Assembly: GCA_030264375.1 (NCBI GenBank)
Contig: JASCQW010000043.1
Location: 60,953,606 to 61,017,605 of the forward strand
Source: Carcharhinus longimanus
Lineage: Eukaryota
Direction of reading: 5' to 3'
DNA length: 64,000 nt
Under the pieces are notes generated by a model. The model saw nothing but the letters and a program-made list of their open reading frames with translations, did no database searches and had not been told where the DNA came from. Positions 37,180 through 50,104 of the stretch are shown piece by piece (the stretch's first letter is position 1; each line of letters opens with the position of its first letter). The position numbers were made by a program, and so were the translations under genes.

Positions 37180-37660
37180 TGCCTCTTGGCGATGAGAAGC
37201 TGCTGCCGGTGCGGAAGTCAGCACAATGCAGAGACCCTGAACCACATTCCAAACACGCGCCTACCTCCCTCGCGTCACGCGGGCTGCACGTGATCCGGCC
37301 GTTGACGTCACCGGGTGCCCAGTATATGTGCGCGCGGCCCTGGGCTGGGTCACATGATTCGGGAGCCTGATCAGGACGGAGAAGATGGCGGCAGAGAGAG
37401 AACCTCCCCCCTTTGGAGATGGGGATGTGGAAGGAGAGGGAGACGATTCCGAGTTTAGGGAGGCGGAGGCGGGCGAAGACCTTTTCGTCAGCACCACTAG
37501 CACCCTGGAGGTGAGGGAGTGCTGGTGGGCCATCGCGGCAGTGTTGGGTGGCTGGAGGCGGTGGCGCCGGGCCGACACTTTTTGTTATTTTTCTTTTTCT
37601 CTCTCCTGGGATTTCGCCTGAGTTTTTTCGCTGAGTGCATCTCGACGCTTGTCATTTAAA
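37180..37660 (+). promoter_or_regulatory. CpG-rich SNX2 promoter / first-exon region
   Basis: Only CpG-dense stretch in the window; ETS CGGAAGT 37212, E-box CACGTG 37287, CRE TGACGTCA 37303, GTCACATGA 37349, YY1-like AAGATGGCGGC over the ATG. Confidence 0.8.
37385..37510 (+). CDS. SNX2: Sorting nexin 2, coding exon 1
   Basis: MAAEREPPPFGDG...GEDLFVSTTSTLE matches the SNX2 N-terminus; gag|gtgagg donor. Confidence 0.97.
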
Positions 37661-38309
37661 ATGAATTACATTATTGACACGGTGTTGAGTGGAGATTAGA
37701 AGTTAACAGTGCTGTCTCCACTGAGTCTAATGTAAAAAGCTGTTGTTTCTGTAACAAAACCACTGTTGAACGCAGTGAACTTGTTCTGGTGTTTTGCGCA
37801 TGTCAGCTTCCTACCAACAGGGTAGAAATGGTTCTAAACTTCTTATTTGAGGTTTTACCACTTATGACTTTTGGTGCTATTGGTTCCATAGTTTAGCTCT
37901 TTTAAAATGTGGAATGGTGGTTGGTATTCATGGATGTATTCCAGCTTCCCATTTAATCAAATTGGGAAGTCCATTTTTTTTTAGCTTTCGATACTGTCAC
38001 TTTACAGAAATTTTCAAATATTGGACTTTAAATGCAGTACATTTACAAAAGTTGCCACGTGAAAGCCACTTGATGTTTGTTAAAAGTAATCTTGTGTTAA
38101 CTTCGAAGTGGAGTCGGTTTGAAATGCTTTTTTTATGCTGAGTGACAGGATATATGTAAAAGGAACAAAAGTGTTTACAAGGGAAGTAGTCCATGTTTTA
38201 AACTCGAACTTCTGGGATGGTGGAAATAGAACGGAGCCAAGTGGTTAACAAGATCACATGGTGGCTTAAATTTTTGTTTAACCAGAAATCTCTTGCAGAT
38301 TGCAAGATC

Positions 38310-38790
38310 TTAGAACAGGAATAGTCAATTCAGCCCCTTGAGCCTCTGTCATTTAATATGATCTCATCTCAATCTCTCTCCTGGCTGCTCACCATAACCC
38401 TTCAAACCCTAATTAATTAAAAATCTGTCCACCTCTTCCCTGCTTTATGCAAAAGCCCTGGCATGTTTAAAGTTTGTTTGTCACAAGTGAACATAAGCTT
38501 GCACTGCAATGAAGTTACTAGGAAAATCTCTACTTGCTACACTCTGCCTCTTTTGAGTATAGTGAGGAGAACTTAGTGTAGCCAATGCATCTAACTTGTC
38601 TAGAGTAGTGAATTCCACAGATTTGATCCAAAAAGTAGTATCTCCTTATCTGCTACCCCTATCTTTAGTTAGACCTTTGCTCTAGATTGTCCTACAAGAG
38701 GAAACATCATCCATGTCTACTTTATCAGTCCTTTTTATGTTGTACACATCAGTTAAATCTCCTTTTGTTCTTAGCTACTATTGACAATAT
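38310..38790 (-). mobile_element. CR1 tail fragment with inserted V-SINE type A piece (~38468-38597)
   Basis: GAACAGGAATAGTCAATTCAGCCCCTTGAG; GTCACAAGT..ACTGCAATGAAGTTACT. Confidence 0.6.
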
Positions 38791-39562
38791 CTAAAACTTG
38801 ACATGAGACTTAAGGTAACTGTAATTACCTTTTAAGGCTAATGCTGGCTTTTTATCAAGGAAAGTTGCTTTCTGTTTGCTTAATCTAATCACTGTGTAGC
38901 TCTTGTCCACTTCCAGGTTAGATTTTCATTTTAATGTATTCATCTGAGTACAAAAAGGGCTCAGTCCTAAATAGAAAATCAGATCATAACTGGTTTTCAT
39001 TGTGTATATTCCACCACTTAACTGGCAGTTATCTGTATCAGTTGAGTTCAGAATTGTCAGCCAGGTTGTGAGCTGCTTCCTTTTAATCTTGGGTAGAGAC
39101 TGAATGAAATTGCATCAGTGAATGTTTTATGGAAGTACATTTTAAAAACGGTTCTTTGAGAGCTAAATAAGCCCAAAAGCTAAAATTTAGTGTCCTAATT
39201 AGTTCTAGTTGTTTAAATGGTTGTTTTGGTTTGTTTTCTCTCTTTCTGGACACTTTGTTCTGCTGACATTTTTACTTCAGTTTCCTGCAGATTGCCAATC
39301 TCAGCCTGGCAGGTTTGGGGCCCTTATTCAGGCCTGATGTCTGGCAGCAAAGATTATTTTGGGAAACTTGTGATAATACACACCCCAGTTGAATAATGTA
39401 ATAGTATGATTGGCAAATTAGAGGTTTGCCTGAAACTGTCCACTGTAAGCAGTGAGGGATGTCTATGCAATTTGGTTCTATTTTAAAGGGTTTTTTAATT
39501 GTAAGGTTTTTAACTATCATACAATGACTTGGTGATTGTCTGTCTTGATAGATTATTAGCAT

Positions 39563-39775
39563 GTTTAAAGTTTGTCATTCTCGGGTTTACATTCTCGCTG
39601 CAATGAAGTTACTATGAAAATCCCGTAGTTGCTGCACTCTGATACCTGTTCAAGTGTAGTGAGAGAATCTAGCATAGCCAATGCACCTAACCAGCCTGTC
39701 TTTCAGAATGTGGGAGAAAACCTGGGCACTTGGGTCCCTGGCACTGAAGCAGCTGTGCTAACCATTGTGTCACCT
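39563..39775 (-). mobile_element. V-SINE type A, internally deleted
   Basis: GCTGCAATGAAGTTACT..GCCAATGCACCTAACCAG..GTGCTAACCATTGTG. Confidence 0.75.
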
Positions 39776-40529
39776 GGCTAGCATGTTCTTCCTTTGCAGC
39801 TGTTTGTGGCTTGAGGTTGCTTGACAAAAATAATTATTACCTTAATTTCTCCTCACTGTCTACTCAGTTATTGAGCTGTACTGGAACTTTTAATTTAGAG
39901 CATAAAAATATTCTTGTTCACAGCCACCTTTTATGGTGATAATCTTGTCTAGCAGGAACTGCTGGTATATCCCTCATCTCTGATGGCTAAGTGAACATTC
40001 CTACCAGCAATCTGAATCTGATGGTTAATCACATGGTAGTCACTAGCGGGAGCTATGCCCTCCAGTTAGTGCTGTGCTTGACCTGAAACTATCTGCTAAT
40101 TTAAAAAAAATTGTTCCCAAGCAACATTCTGATGCTTTGTGTAATCTGAATAATGTATTCTGTTGAGCCATTAACTTCTGCGTATTTAAATGCCATTCTT
40201 CTGGCTAGTATATTGTTGTATACTACTTGAATAGCCAGAGTTGCACCTGATGCAACACAGAATTTTAAAACTGCAATTTACTTGTTGGATATTCCATTGT
40301 CCTCCTTCTAATGAAGATACAATAATCAGCAAAACTGGGTTCTTAAATAGCACTTGACTATATCTGAAACTGATCTTGTACAGGTTGAAATGTTGCCAGC
40401 TTCAAACAGCTGTAGACTATTGGTGTTATAAGTAGGCCAGCATTTCTCTATTGAATTCAATACTTTCAGTGCATACATCTTCTGTCACAGAGTACACAAT
40501 TATATCTCTGGTTTGCATTCCCAATACCA

Positions 40530-40805
40530 GGCCACAAGAGCATGACAAGGCCTGGATGGCATATTGGCAGTTAGCTGCATCACATGGACCTGATTTGATT
40601 CCTGGCTTAGGTCACTCTGCAGACTCTGCATTTTCTCCATGTCTGTTTGTTTCCTCCCACAGTCCAAGGGCATGTTGGTTAGATGCATTGGCCGTGCTAA
40701 ATTTTCCCTCTGTTTACCCGAACAGGCATTGGTGTGGTGACTAGGGAATTTTCAGTAACTTCGTTGCAATGTTGATGTAAGCCTACTTGTGACACTAATA
40801 ATTAT
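40530..40805 (+). mobile_element. V-SINE type A
   Basis: GATTCCTGGCTTAGGTCACT..GTAAGCCTACTTGTGACACTAATA. Confidence 0.75.
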
Positions 40806-41254
40806 TTGTAATGCCTTTTAAAGTATAGTGGTAATACCTGTTTTTATGATGTGACTATGTAACTGGATAATGTAAAATTAAATTCCCTAACTGAGTTTTT
40901 ATGCATCAGTTCTATTGTACTTCCTTCAGGATCTGGGTAGGTTGAAGAACCAGTGCTTAGTAATAGAAACTGTAGTTCAAAGTATATACATCAGCAATCA
41001 AAGCAGTTTGAATTAAGTGCATTTATATGGGAAAACCTAATGGAAGTTGAATTTTTATACTATGCTGGACACTTGGCAGTATGGCAACAAACTAGATTGT
41101 TTCATCAACTGAGACTGGAAAGATGCAAGAGTTACTAAGACAAGAATAGCCTTTTGTTCTGTGAAGTCTACAATCTGGGGATGTTGGATAACCAGTCTGC
41201 AGTCAGCCCACTTCACTAAGACTTGGGACTGGGTATCAGTATCATGCTAAGAAA

Positions 41255-41567
41255 CGTAGAAATGCTACAGTGCAGAAAGACCATTTGGCCCATCAAGTCT
41301 GCACTGACCACAATCCCACCCATTCCCAATCCCCATATCTGCCCTCTAATCTACATATCTCAGAACACTAAGGGGTAATTTTAGCATGGCCAATCAACCT
41401 AACCCACACCTTTGGACTGTGGGAGGAAACTGGAGGACCCAGAAGAAACCCACACAGACACCAAGAGAATGTGCAAACTCCACAGACAGTGACCCAAGCC
41501 AGGAATTGAACCCACATCCCTGGAGTTGTGAAGCAGCAGTGCTCACCACTACTACCATGCTGCCCAA
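41255..41567 (-). mobile_element. V-SINE type B
   Basis: CTACAGTGCAGAAAG..CAGACAGTGACCCAAGCCAGGAATTGAACCC..GCAGCAGTGCT. Confidence 0.85.
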
Positions 41568-42851
41568 GTGAAATGGCTCAACCCATTTCACCTGANNNNN
41601 NNNNNNNNNNNNNNNNNNNNNNNNNNNNNNNNNNNNNNNNNNNNNNNNNNNNNNNNNNNNNNNNNNNNNNNNNNNNNNNNNNNNNNNNNNNNNNNGAGTT
41701 GTGAAGCAGCAGTGCTAACCACTACTACCATGCTGCCCAAGTGAAATGGCTCAACCCATTTCACCTGAGCTGCATTTGGAAGTTTCTGAAGAGCAGTGGC
41801 TGGGTGAAATACCAGACATGGGTGCTTGGCAGAGTCTGCACAACATAATCACATTTGAGCTTATGTAGCCAGAAGCCTGGTGATTACCAAAGCAAATCCT
41901 CTATCAAGAGCTGGAGTCTGATAGATGCTATACTAGCTTTTTAAGCAAAGGAGGTGCTACAAAGAAGGCTGCACTTGAGATTTGATCAACTTCAAGTCTT
42001 GGGAGAAGCTCTCCCAGGCTTGCTGTACCTGGTGCAACCAATAAACTTTGGCTTTCAAAAGTAAGAATACAGAGCACAAGTAAGCATGTTCTGCTCTTTG
42101 ATCCTGCTTTCTCATTCAATCAGATCATGGCTAATCTCACCCTGATCTCAAATCCACCTCCTCACCTGTTCCCCACTTCCTTTTTTCTCATTAGAAATAT
42201 GTCTATTTCCCTTTTGAAACCATTCCATGACTCAGACTTCGCTACGCTATGGGGCAGAAAGTTTCACACATTCACTGCTATCTGCAGGAAGCAGTTCCTC
42301 ATCTTGACTTTTAAATTTATCACCTTGCAACACTTTATCAATCTCTTTTTAAAAATGTTTATACCTGAATCATATCCCCTTCCTCATCCTGCTAAACCTC
42401 AGAGCACAGACTCACAGAGCACTGTTCACTCTCTCTCCTTGTACTTTGTCCCTGGAATTGATCTGGTGAACCTCTGAACTACCTCATGTCACCACATCCT
42501 TCCTCAAATAAGGAGCTAAAATTGGACATATTACTCTAGATGTGGTCTCACCAGCACCCTATACAATTGCAATAACATTGCCAACATCCCATCTGTCTTT
42601 TTATTACATGCTGCACCTATACATATTCTGAATTTGTGAACATAAAAACTCATCCCTCTGCCCAGATGCATTTTGAATCTGCTTTCCATTTAGGTAATTT
42701 GCCTTCCTACTGATACTGCCAAATGGATAACCTCACACTTGCCACATTAGACTCCATCTGACAAATTTTAGCTCTTCTATGTGCTCTTGTCTGCTTTCTC
42801 ACCTATTTAGATATCTGCCAATTTTGTTAAATGCCTGTCCCTACTTCTATA

Positions 42852-44590
42852 TCATAGAACATAGAAAAACTACAGTACAATCAAGCCCTTCAGCCCAAAA
42901 GTTGTGCCAAACATGTCTCTACCTACTAGGCTTACCTAAACCCTCATCTTATTAAGTTCCATGTACTCATCCAAAAGTCTCTTAAAAGATCCTATCGAAT
43001 CCACCTCCTCCACCACTGCCAGCAGCTGATTCCATGCACCCAACACCCTCAGTGAAAAACTTACCCCTGACATCTCCTCTACCTACTCCCCAGCACCCTA
43101 AACCTCTGTCCTCTTCTGGCATCCATTTCAGCCNNNNNNNNNNNNNNNNNNNNNNNNNNNNNNNNNNNNNNNNNNNNNNNNNNNNNNNNNNNNNNNNNNN
43201 NNNNNNNNNNNNNNNNNNNNNNNNNNNNNNNNNNNNNNNNNNNNNNNNNNNNNNNNNNNNNNNNNNNNNNNNNNNNNNNNNNNNNNNNNNNNNNNNNNNN
43301 NNNNNNNNNNNNNNNNNNNNNNNNNNNNNNNNNNNNNNNNNNNNNNNNNNNNNNNNNNNNNNNNNNNNNNNNNNNNNNNNNNNNNNNNNNNNNNNNNNNN
43401 NNNNNNNNNNNNNNNNNNNNNNNNNNNNNNNNNNNNNNNNNNNNNNNNNNNNNNNNNNNNNNNNNNNNNNNNNNNNNNNNNNNNNNNNNNNNNNNNNNNN
43501 NNNNNNNNNNNNNNNNNNNNNNNNNNNNNNNNNNNNNNNNNNNNNNNNNNNNNNNNNNNNNNNNNNNNNNNNNNNNNNNNNNNNNNNNNNNNNNNNNNNT
43601 CCAACCTTTGTGTCATCAGCAAACTTACCAACCCATCCCTCCACTTCCTCATCCAGGTCATTTATAAAAATCACAATGACCAAGGGTGCCAGAACAGATC
43701 CCTGGGGCCCTCCACTGGTAACCGACCTCTATGCAGAAAAAGACCCATCTACAACGACTCATTGCCTTCTGTGGGCAAGCCAGATCTGAATCTACAGAGC
43801 AATGTCCCCTTGGATCCCAAGCCCCCTCACTTTCTCAATAAGCCTTGCATGGGGCACCTTATCAAATGCCTTGCTGAAGTCCATATATACGATATCTACT
43901 GCTCTTCCTTCATCAATGTGTTTAGTCACATCTTCAAAAAATTCAATCATGCTCATAAGGCATGATCTGCCTTTGTCAAAGCCATGCTGACTATTCTTAA
44001 TCATATAATACCTTTCCAAATGTTCATAAATCCTCCCTCTCAGGATCTTCTTCTTCAACTTACCAACCACTGAGGTTAGACTCACTGGTCTATAATTTCC
44101 TAGGCTATCTCTACTCCCTTTCTTGAATAAAGGAACCACATCCGCAATCTTCCGGAACCACTCCCGTCTCCATTGATCATGCAAAGATCATTGCCAGAGG
44201 CTCAGCAATCTCTTTCCTTGCCTCCCACAGTAACCTGGGGTACATCCCATCCAGTCCTGGTGACTTATCTAACTTGATGCTTTTCAAAAGCTCCAACACA
44301 TCACCTTAATGTCAACATACTCAAGCTTTTCAGTCTGCTGTAAGCCTGCACTACAACCACCAAGGTCCTTTTCTGCTGTGAATACTGAAGTAAAGTATTC
44401 ATTGAGCACCTGCTATTTCTACCGGTTTTTATACAAACTTTCCCACCCTCACATTTGATAGGTCCTATTCCTTCCCATCTCATCCTTTTACTCTTCACAT
44501 CCTTGTAGAATATCTTGGTTTTCCTTAATCTTACCTGCCAAGACCTTCTCATAACCCCTTCTGGCTCTCCTAATTTCCTTCAGTTCCTTC
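42852..44590 (-). mobile_element. CR1 LINE, RT domain to 3' end, spans a gap
   Basis: VVPLFKKGSRDSLGNYRPVSLTSVVGK..SQHGFDKGRSC..VDIVYMDFSKAFDKVPH; FINDLDEEVEGWVGKFADDTKVG. Confidence 0.92.
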
Positions 44591-45167
44591 AAGTCATATA
44601 AATGATAGGTATCTAGAGTATATAAATTGTAAACAGTTGAAGTCCAGGGGCTGACCCCTATGGCACATCACTTACATTTTGCCAGCCAGAGACAGATCCT
44701 CTGCTTTGTCTGTCAGCCAGTCCTTAACACAATCTAGTACACTATCCCCATACCCTGAGATGTTGCCTTCTGGTTAAAAACTAGGAAGGAGAATGAGCAA
44801 CTCAACCAAAAAGCAATCTTCTGTGATTATACTGTTCTATTTGCAGCAAAACTTCTAGACATGGATCAGTCTTGGTAGTACCCCCCAGCATCCTAACAAT
44901 CAGATGATGAACCTAGTTGTCATCACCTTGAAGCGACAAACCACATTATGGTTTACATAGCCTGATGCTGCTGCAATTTTGTTCTAGGTTTTCCCTGTTT
45001 ACATTTCCTTAAAATGAATAATAACTGCCAAGTGTTTGCTAAAACTGTGGCTTGCAATTGCATTTCTTGGTTGCTAGATCCTTTTTGCCTCTATTGGTGG
45101 GCTTATCTAGAACTTTGCAGAATATTATGCATCCGATGGCAAGACAAAGTACCAGACATAAACTTGC

Positions 45168-45640
45168 TCTAGAGAGAACTTCAACCATCAGTCCACACAC
45201 TGCTGATGAGAGCACGGACCCAGTGGGCAGGTCATGTCATCCATATGCCAGATGAGTGCCCACCCAAGCAGCTCCTTTTTTTTGGGGAACTCTGCTGGAA
45301 GACACTCATGGAGGGCAGAAGAAACATTTCAAAGACACAAGGCCTCCCTGAAGTTGCTTGACATGACCACCTGGGAAACACTGGCACAAAACCACCCTAA
45401 CTGGCACTGCCTCATCCACAAAGGCTGTCAAGCTCACAAAGCAAGGTGTATTGCTGAAGCACAACTTAAGTGCTAGCTGTGCAAGTCCAGAGCCACCAGC
45501 CCAACTAGTGTCTACACAAGTCTGTTCAGTATGTGCCAGGACATTCTGTGCCCAAATTGGCCTGATCAGTCATCTTCAGACACACTGGATCCAGCCTCAA
45601 AATGACTAATGGTATCAAGGTCCTCATTGGACAACAATAT
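45168..45640 (+). mobile_element. RTE (BovB-like) LINE 3' fragment
   Basis: QWAGHVIHMPDECPPKQLL..GGQKKHFKD..KASLK..WETLAQNHPNW..C.RTFCAQIGLISHLQTH across frameshifts. Confidence 0.8.
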
Positions 45641-46575
45641 CTAGAACTTTAAAAAATCTAATATTTTATATAGAATTAGCTATGCATGGTGGCAGGTATG
45701 TACTTAAAGATGAGATGGCTATTATAAATGGGGGGTGGGGGGGGAGCGCAGAGGAAATATACTTGGAATTGTATTGGAGCACATGTGAACAACTAAATTT
45801 TTCTGTGCCAGAGGCATTGAAGAACTTTGGTCAGATCACTAGTTTGCAGAATACAGTGAGACCGTGAACTCTTCCCTTGATCAAATGTTGGCATAACATT
45901 AAAAGAAATTGTTACAAGCACTTTTGGCCTGAGTTTCTACCTATGCCAGTAATTTTCAAAGTGCTTCAATGTATCTGTTTCTCTTCTAATAGTATAGAAA
46001 GAATGGATGAAAAGGAAAATTATTCCTAAGTGAAAGGACAGGCAAGCCAAACTGACCTTTTTTAATTCTTTTTGCAATATGTAGATGTATCACATTGTGT
46101 ACAATTGTGCATTTTAAAAGCCTACTCTACATAGTTTTCTATCTTGGCTTGTTAGTACTTTTTATGGACTGAGCAGGTTTTTTTTCTAGGCTTTTCAATA
46201 TGTTTAGTGGAATAGAGCTGCTAAACTGATATTTTATGAAACTTCAAACTCAACCCAAGTGTTTGTTTTAATGTTTTTGTGGAATGTCACAATCACTTAA
46301 GCATAAAATCTTTTCCTAGCCTTAAACTGTTTTTGCTTTCAATCTGTATGTAGATAATTGCATTTGTATTGTTTCACAAGCTGCTTTCTGTGCATAAGTG
46401 TTTCCTTACCCATTGTTTGTTCTCTCCAGTAAGAAATGACCATTAGCCTGGCTTCCGTTGCATTTAATCTGATAAAGCCTCTTTGACATGAAATCTGCAT
46501 AACGTTCACATTTTTTTTTCTTCCCAGGTTTTCATTGTGATTTAATTTGGCTAAGCTTGATGTGTTTTCTTTCAG

Positions 46576-46690
46576 TCCAGTCCATCTTCACCTGAACCTG
46601 CCAGTCTTCCAACAGAAGATATAAGTGTAAAGTCTAATGGTCCCAAATCTGACACTTTGCTGGATGATGACCGTGAAGATCTTTTTGCTG
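46576..46690 (+). CDS. SNX2: Sorting nexin 2, exon 2
   Basis: SSPSSPEPASLPTEDISVKSNGPKSDTLLDDDREDLFA; ag/gt, 115 nt, phase 0-1. Confidence 0.96.
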
Positions 46691-47169
46691 GTAAGGCACA
46701 TCTGCAGTTCTATTTTGTACTTTATGGACCTTGGCTGCAATTGTATTAACACATTATCTCTGCCTCTCCATCTCCAGTATCATTTTAGTTTCTCCTTCTC
46801 AGGGTTAATAGGCCTTGAGGGCAGAATTAAATGCTTGCTAATGAGTACTTCATATGATGGGAGCAGGCTGTAAGATAAGATCATAACTTCTGCCCTATGT
46901 GTCACTTTCACACTGAAGTTGTAACAATTGATTGACATGTTAGTACAGTGAAAAGTATTGTTTCTTGCCTCTTGTACAGACAAAGCATACTCTTAAAAAC
47001 AAGAGTTACAATTTGCATATTGTGGTGCATCTGAATGTAGGACTGCAGTATCACTGCCCAATGATCAGTAATGCAGTAATATTTTTATATTCACAATCTC
47101 TAATGCAGAAGGAGGCTATTCAGCCCATCAAATTTACACCAACAACAATCCCACCTGGGCTGTATACCC

Positions 47170-47690
47170 TGAGCAGGTCTGACAGCATCTGTAAGGAGAC
47201 GAAGCGGAGTTAATGGTTTCAAGTTCATAGATTCTTCAGAACCTGAAAAGACAGATAATGTTATTGAAATAACTTAAGAGCAAAAGACAGATGGCTTTTG
47301 TATGAGGGGGAGGAGGGTGTTTTGCATTGAGTGCACATAAACTATCTTTTTAAAAAAAATTTAAGATGGAGAAGATTCCAGAAGGCTGCAGTGTGCTGAG
47401 ATGCTTCTCCTCTAACTTGTGCCAGGCTTCACAGCTGCATTGCATAGGCCAAGGACAGACCTGAGCATAAGAGCAAGTGTCTTGTTGCTCCTGTTATGAA
47501 TTTGGCAACTTTAGATTTTGACCTTTGTTCTAAAACATTTGCATGTATTGCCTCCAGGCAAAGCATCCCCCACCCCCTCTCACCAGGCTTTTTGTTCTGT
47601 TACTTTTAGTTGCAGCGAACACATTCTCCCTCTTTTCAGTCCTGATGAGTTTATAGATTTGAAACATTACTGTTTGTGTCCTTTGTTAAA
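47170..47690. mobile_element. Penelope-like element with inverted terminal repeats carrying hammerhead-like cores
   Basis: Left arm (-) CTGAAGA..GAAAC at ~47215-47245; right arm (+) CTGATGA..GAAAC at 47642-47665. Confidence 0.55.
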
Positions 47691-47874
47691 GCAAAATCTT
47701 TGTTCTAACACTTCTATATTTGAAGTTTGATTTACAATCTGAATTTTCTTGATATAGCATAATACAATAATGACCACTTGCCTTTTTCTGTGCTCTTGGC
47801 ATGTTAGGTTAGGTTTATTATCTGCTCCATAAGAATGCAAATGTCATTCTTATTTCCCCACACCCTGTTTTCAG

Positions 47875-48029
47875 AAGCTACAGAAGAGGTCTCTCTTGAC
47901 AGTCCTGAAAGAGAACATATACTTTCTCCAGAACCTACTCCAGCTATTACACCAGTATCTCCAACACTCGTTGCACCACGATCAGAACTAAAAATATCGC
48001 ATCCCATGTTTGATCGATCCAAAGAGGAG
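47875..48029 (+). CDS. SNX2: Sorting nexin 2, exon 3
   Basis: EATEEVSLDSPERE..MFDRSKEE; 155 nt, phase 1-0. Confidence 0.96.
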
Positions 48030-48839
48030 GTATGAATATCAAATTTCTTGTCAAATTACCTATTGTAATTTGCCATGTATTTAACTCTGATAGTTAGATG
48101 AGCAAAAATATGTTAATGTGGGATTTTATCCCATTTTCAATATGTACTGCACTTAGTGAAGAACTTAAAATAGTTTGTATTCATTTACAGTTTAATTATG
48201 TAGGGAGATATCAGTGAAGATTTCACATTGATCAATAGAAAATTGGCCAGAATATAGTATGCCACCAGCATATTTTGGCCACTAAAGAGGTGTGATTTCA
48301 GTTGAATTGGACATTATCGTGAGCCTTCCAAAACCAGTGGTTTGGCCTTGGCTGCAGTATTGAATAATTGAGTGCTACCCAAGCAAATTGCTCCAGGGAT
48401 GAGGAACTGTTTATATGGGTAGATTNNNNNNNNNNNNNNNNNNNNNNNNNNNNNNNNNNNNNNNNNNNNNNNNNNNNNNNNNNNNNNNNNNNNNNNNNNN
48501 NNNNNNNNNNNNNNNNNNNNNNNNNNNNNNNNNNNNNNNNNNNNNNNNNNNNNNNNNNNNNNNNNNNNNNNNNNNNNNNNNNNNNNNNNNNNNNNNNNNN
48601 NNNNNNNNNNNNNNNNNNNNNNNNNNNNNNNNNNNNNNNNNNNNNNNNNNNNNNNNNNNNNNNNNNNNNNNNNNNNNNNNNNNNNNNNNNNNNNNNNNNN
48701 NNNNNNNNNNNNNNNNNNNNNNNNNNNNNNNNNNNNNNNNNNNNNNNNNNNNNNNNNNNNNNNNNNNNNNNNNNNNNNNNNNNNNNNNNNNNNNNNNNNN
48801 NNNNNNNNNNNNNNNNNNNNNNNNNNNNNNNNNNNNNNN

Positions 48840-49190
48840 TTCCCGCCCTCTCCCCATAACCCTTAATCCCCTCACTTATCAAAAACCCATCAACCCGCGT
48901 CTTAAAAATATTTAGCAAGGCAGCCTCTGCCACTTCAGGCAGAGAATTCCAGAGATTCACCACCCTTTGAGTGAAGAAGTTCCTCCTCAACTCCATTCTA
49001 AACCGTAGGAATGACATGCTCTGGATAAAGGGGAACCTGTAGATACACTGTACTCAGATTTCCAGAAAGCTTCTGGTAAGGGACCACAAAGATTCTTATG
49101 CAAAAGTAAGAACTTCTGATGGAGGGGCCAACATTAGCATGGATAGATTGAGCTGGCAATGAATAAATGGGTCTTTTGGCAGAATGTGAG
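48840..49190. mobile_element. CR1 fragments (3' end on -, RT piece on +)
   Basis: FRMELRRNFFTQRVVNLWNSLP (-); LDKGEPVDTLYSDFQKA (+). Confidence 0.8.
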
Positions 49191-50104
49191 TGTATAGATA
49201 CTTCAGTATCTATGTGGGAAAAGGTGCACTTTGGCAGCAAGTACTATCCCGTCTCTTGTGCTTCTTTTTAAGAGCACCATTTGTGAACTGTTGGGCCTTT
49301 ACAAATGCTAAATTGAAGTTGGCTGCATGGTTACAGATGTTTCTAGTTGAGCTCCATTTGGAATATGTTGTGACAATCAGCTATGCTTCCCTAGAAGCTT
49401 GACTTAAGATAAGTGGGGGGTGGGGAGAGTGGATTTTCAAATTCTACTGTTCACTAACCTGTACCAGAACCTTGTCCTTGTGTGCAGTATCTGAAATATA
49501 ATCCACCAATTGGATCTCTGCTCTAGCATAAAGTATAATCTGATATCTAATGCTGACAAATGTAGTAATTGCCATACTAATAATACAGTTTGATTGCTGG
49601 TGCTGGGAAGTTGGCAATGGCTATACTCTTGCTTGCTATAAGCAGCATTTTGTTGCAACTCCATTTCATTGCAACATTGTTTTGGCTAACTTTTTCTTGT
49701 ACTTGGCATTTTCTTACTTGGCTTGAACAGAATCATTTTAGCCAGAGGAATGTAGAAGTAAATCACAAATCAAATGGTAGTCTGAATCATTATTTAATTC
49801 TTCCCCTACCTGGTGTTTTAAATGCTTGAGTTGGATAAAGCTGAGTAAATACTGTATACTGAGTTTCAGTTAGAACTGATGTCCTTTCACTTCCCCACCA
49901 ACAATTTGTTTAATTTCCTTTTAATTATTTGTCTTGATTTTTAAGCTAATTTTTCTACTTGATGCAGTTTCACCTCTCCAGTTAGTGTTTACCAGACAGA
50001 TATATTTTAATGAATACAAATTCCTGCCTGTATGCACACAGCACAGTGAGCAATTCTCGAAGTATTTGGACCGTGATGCCCATTTTTTGTTAATCTTATT
50101 TTAG

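Noticed and set aside
37511-37621. ORF track extension of SNX2 exon 1 (VRECWWAIAAV...)
   Set aside because: Read-through past the gag|gtgagg donor into intron 1
41523-41768. ~73-bp direct repeat on both sides of a 100-N gap
   Set aside because: Copies differ at one base and abut the gap; typical unmerged contig or haplotype overlap, not a real duplication
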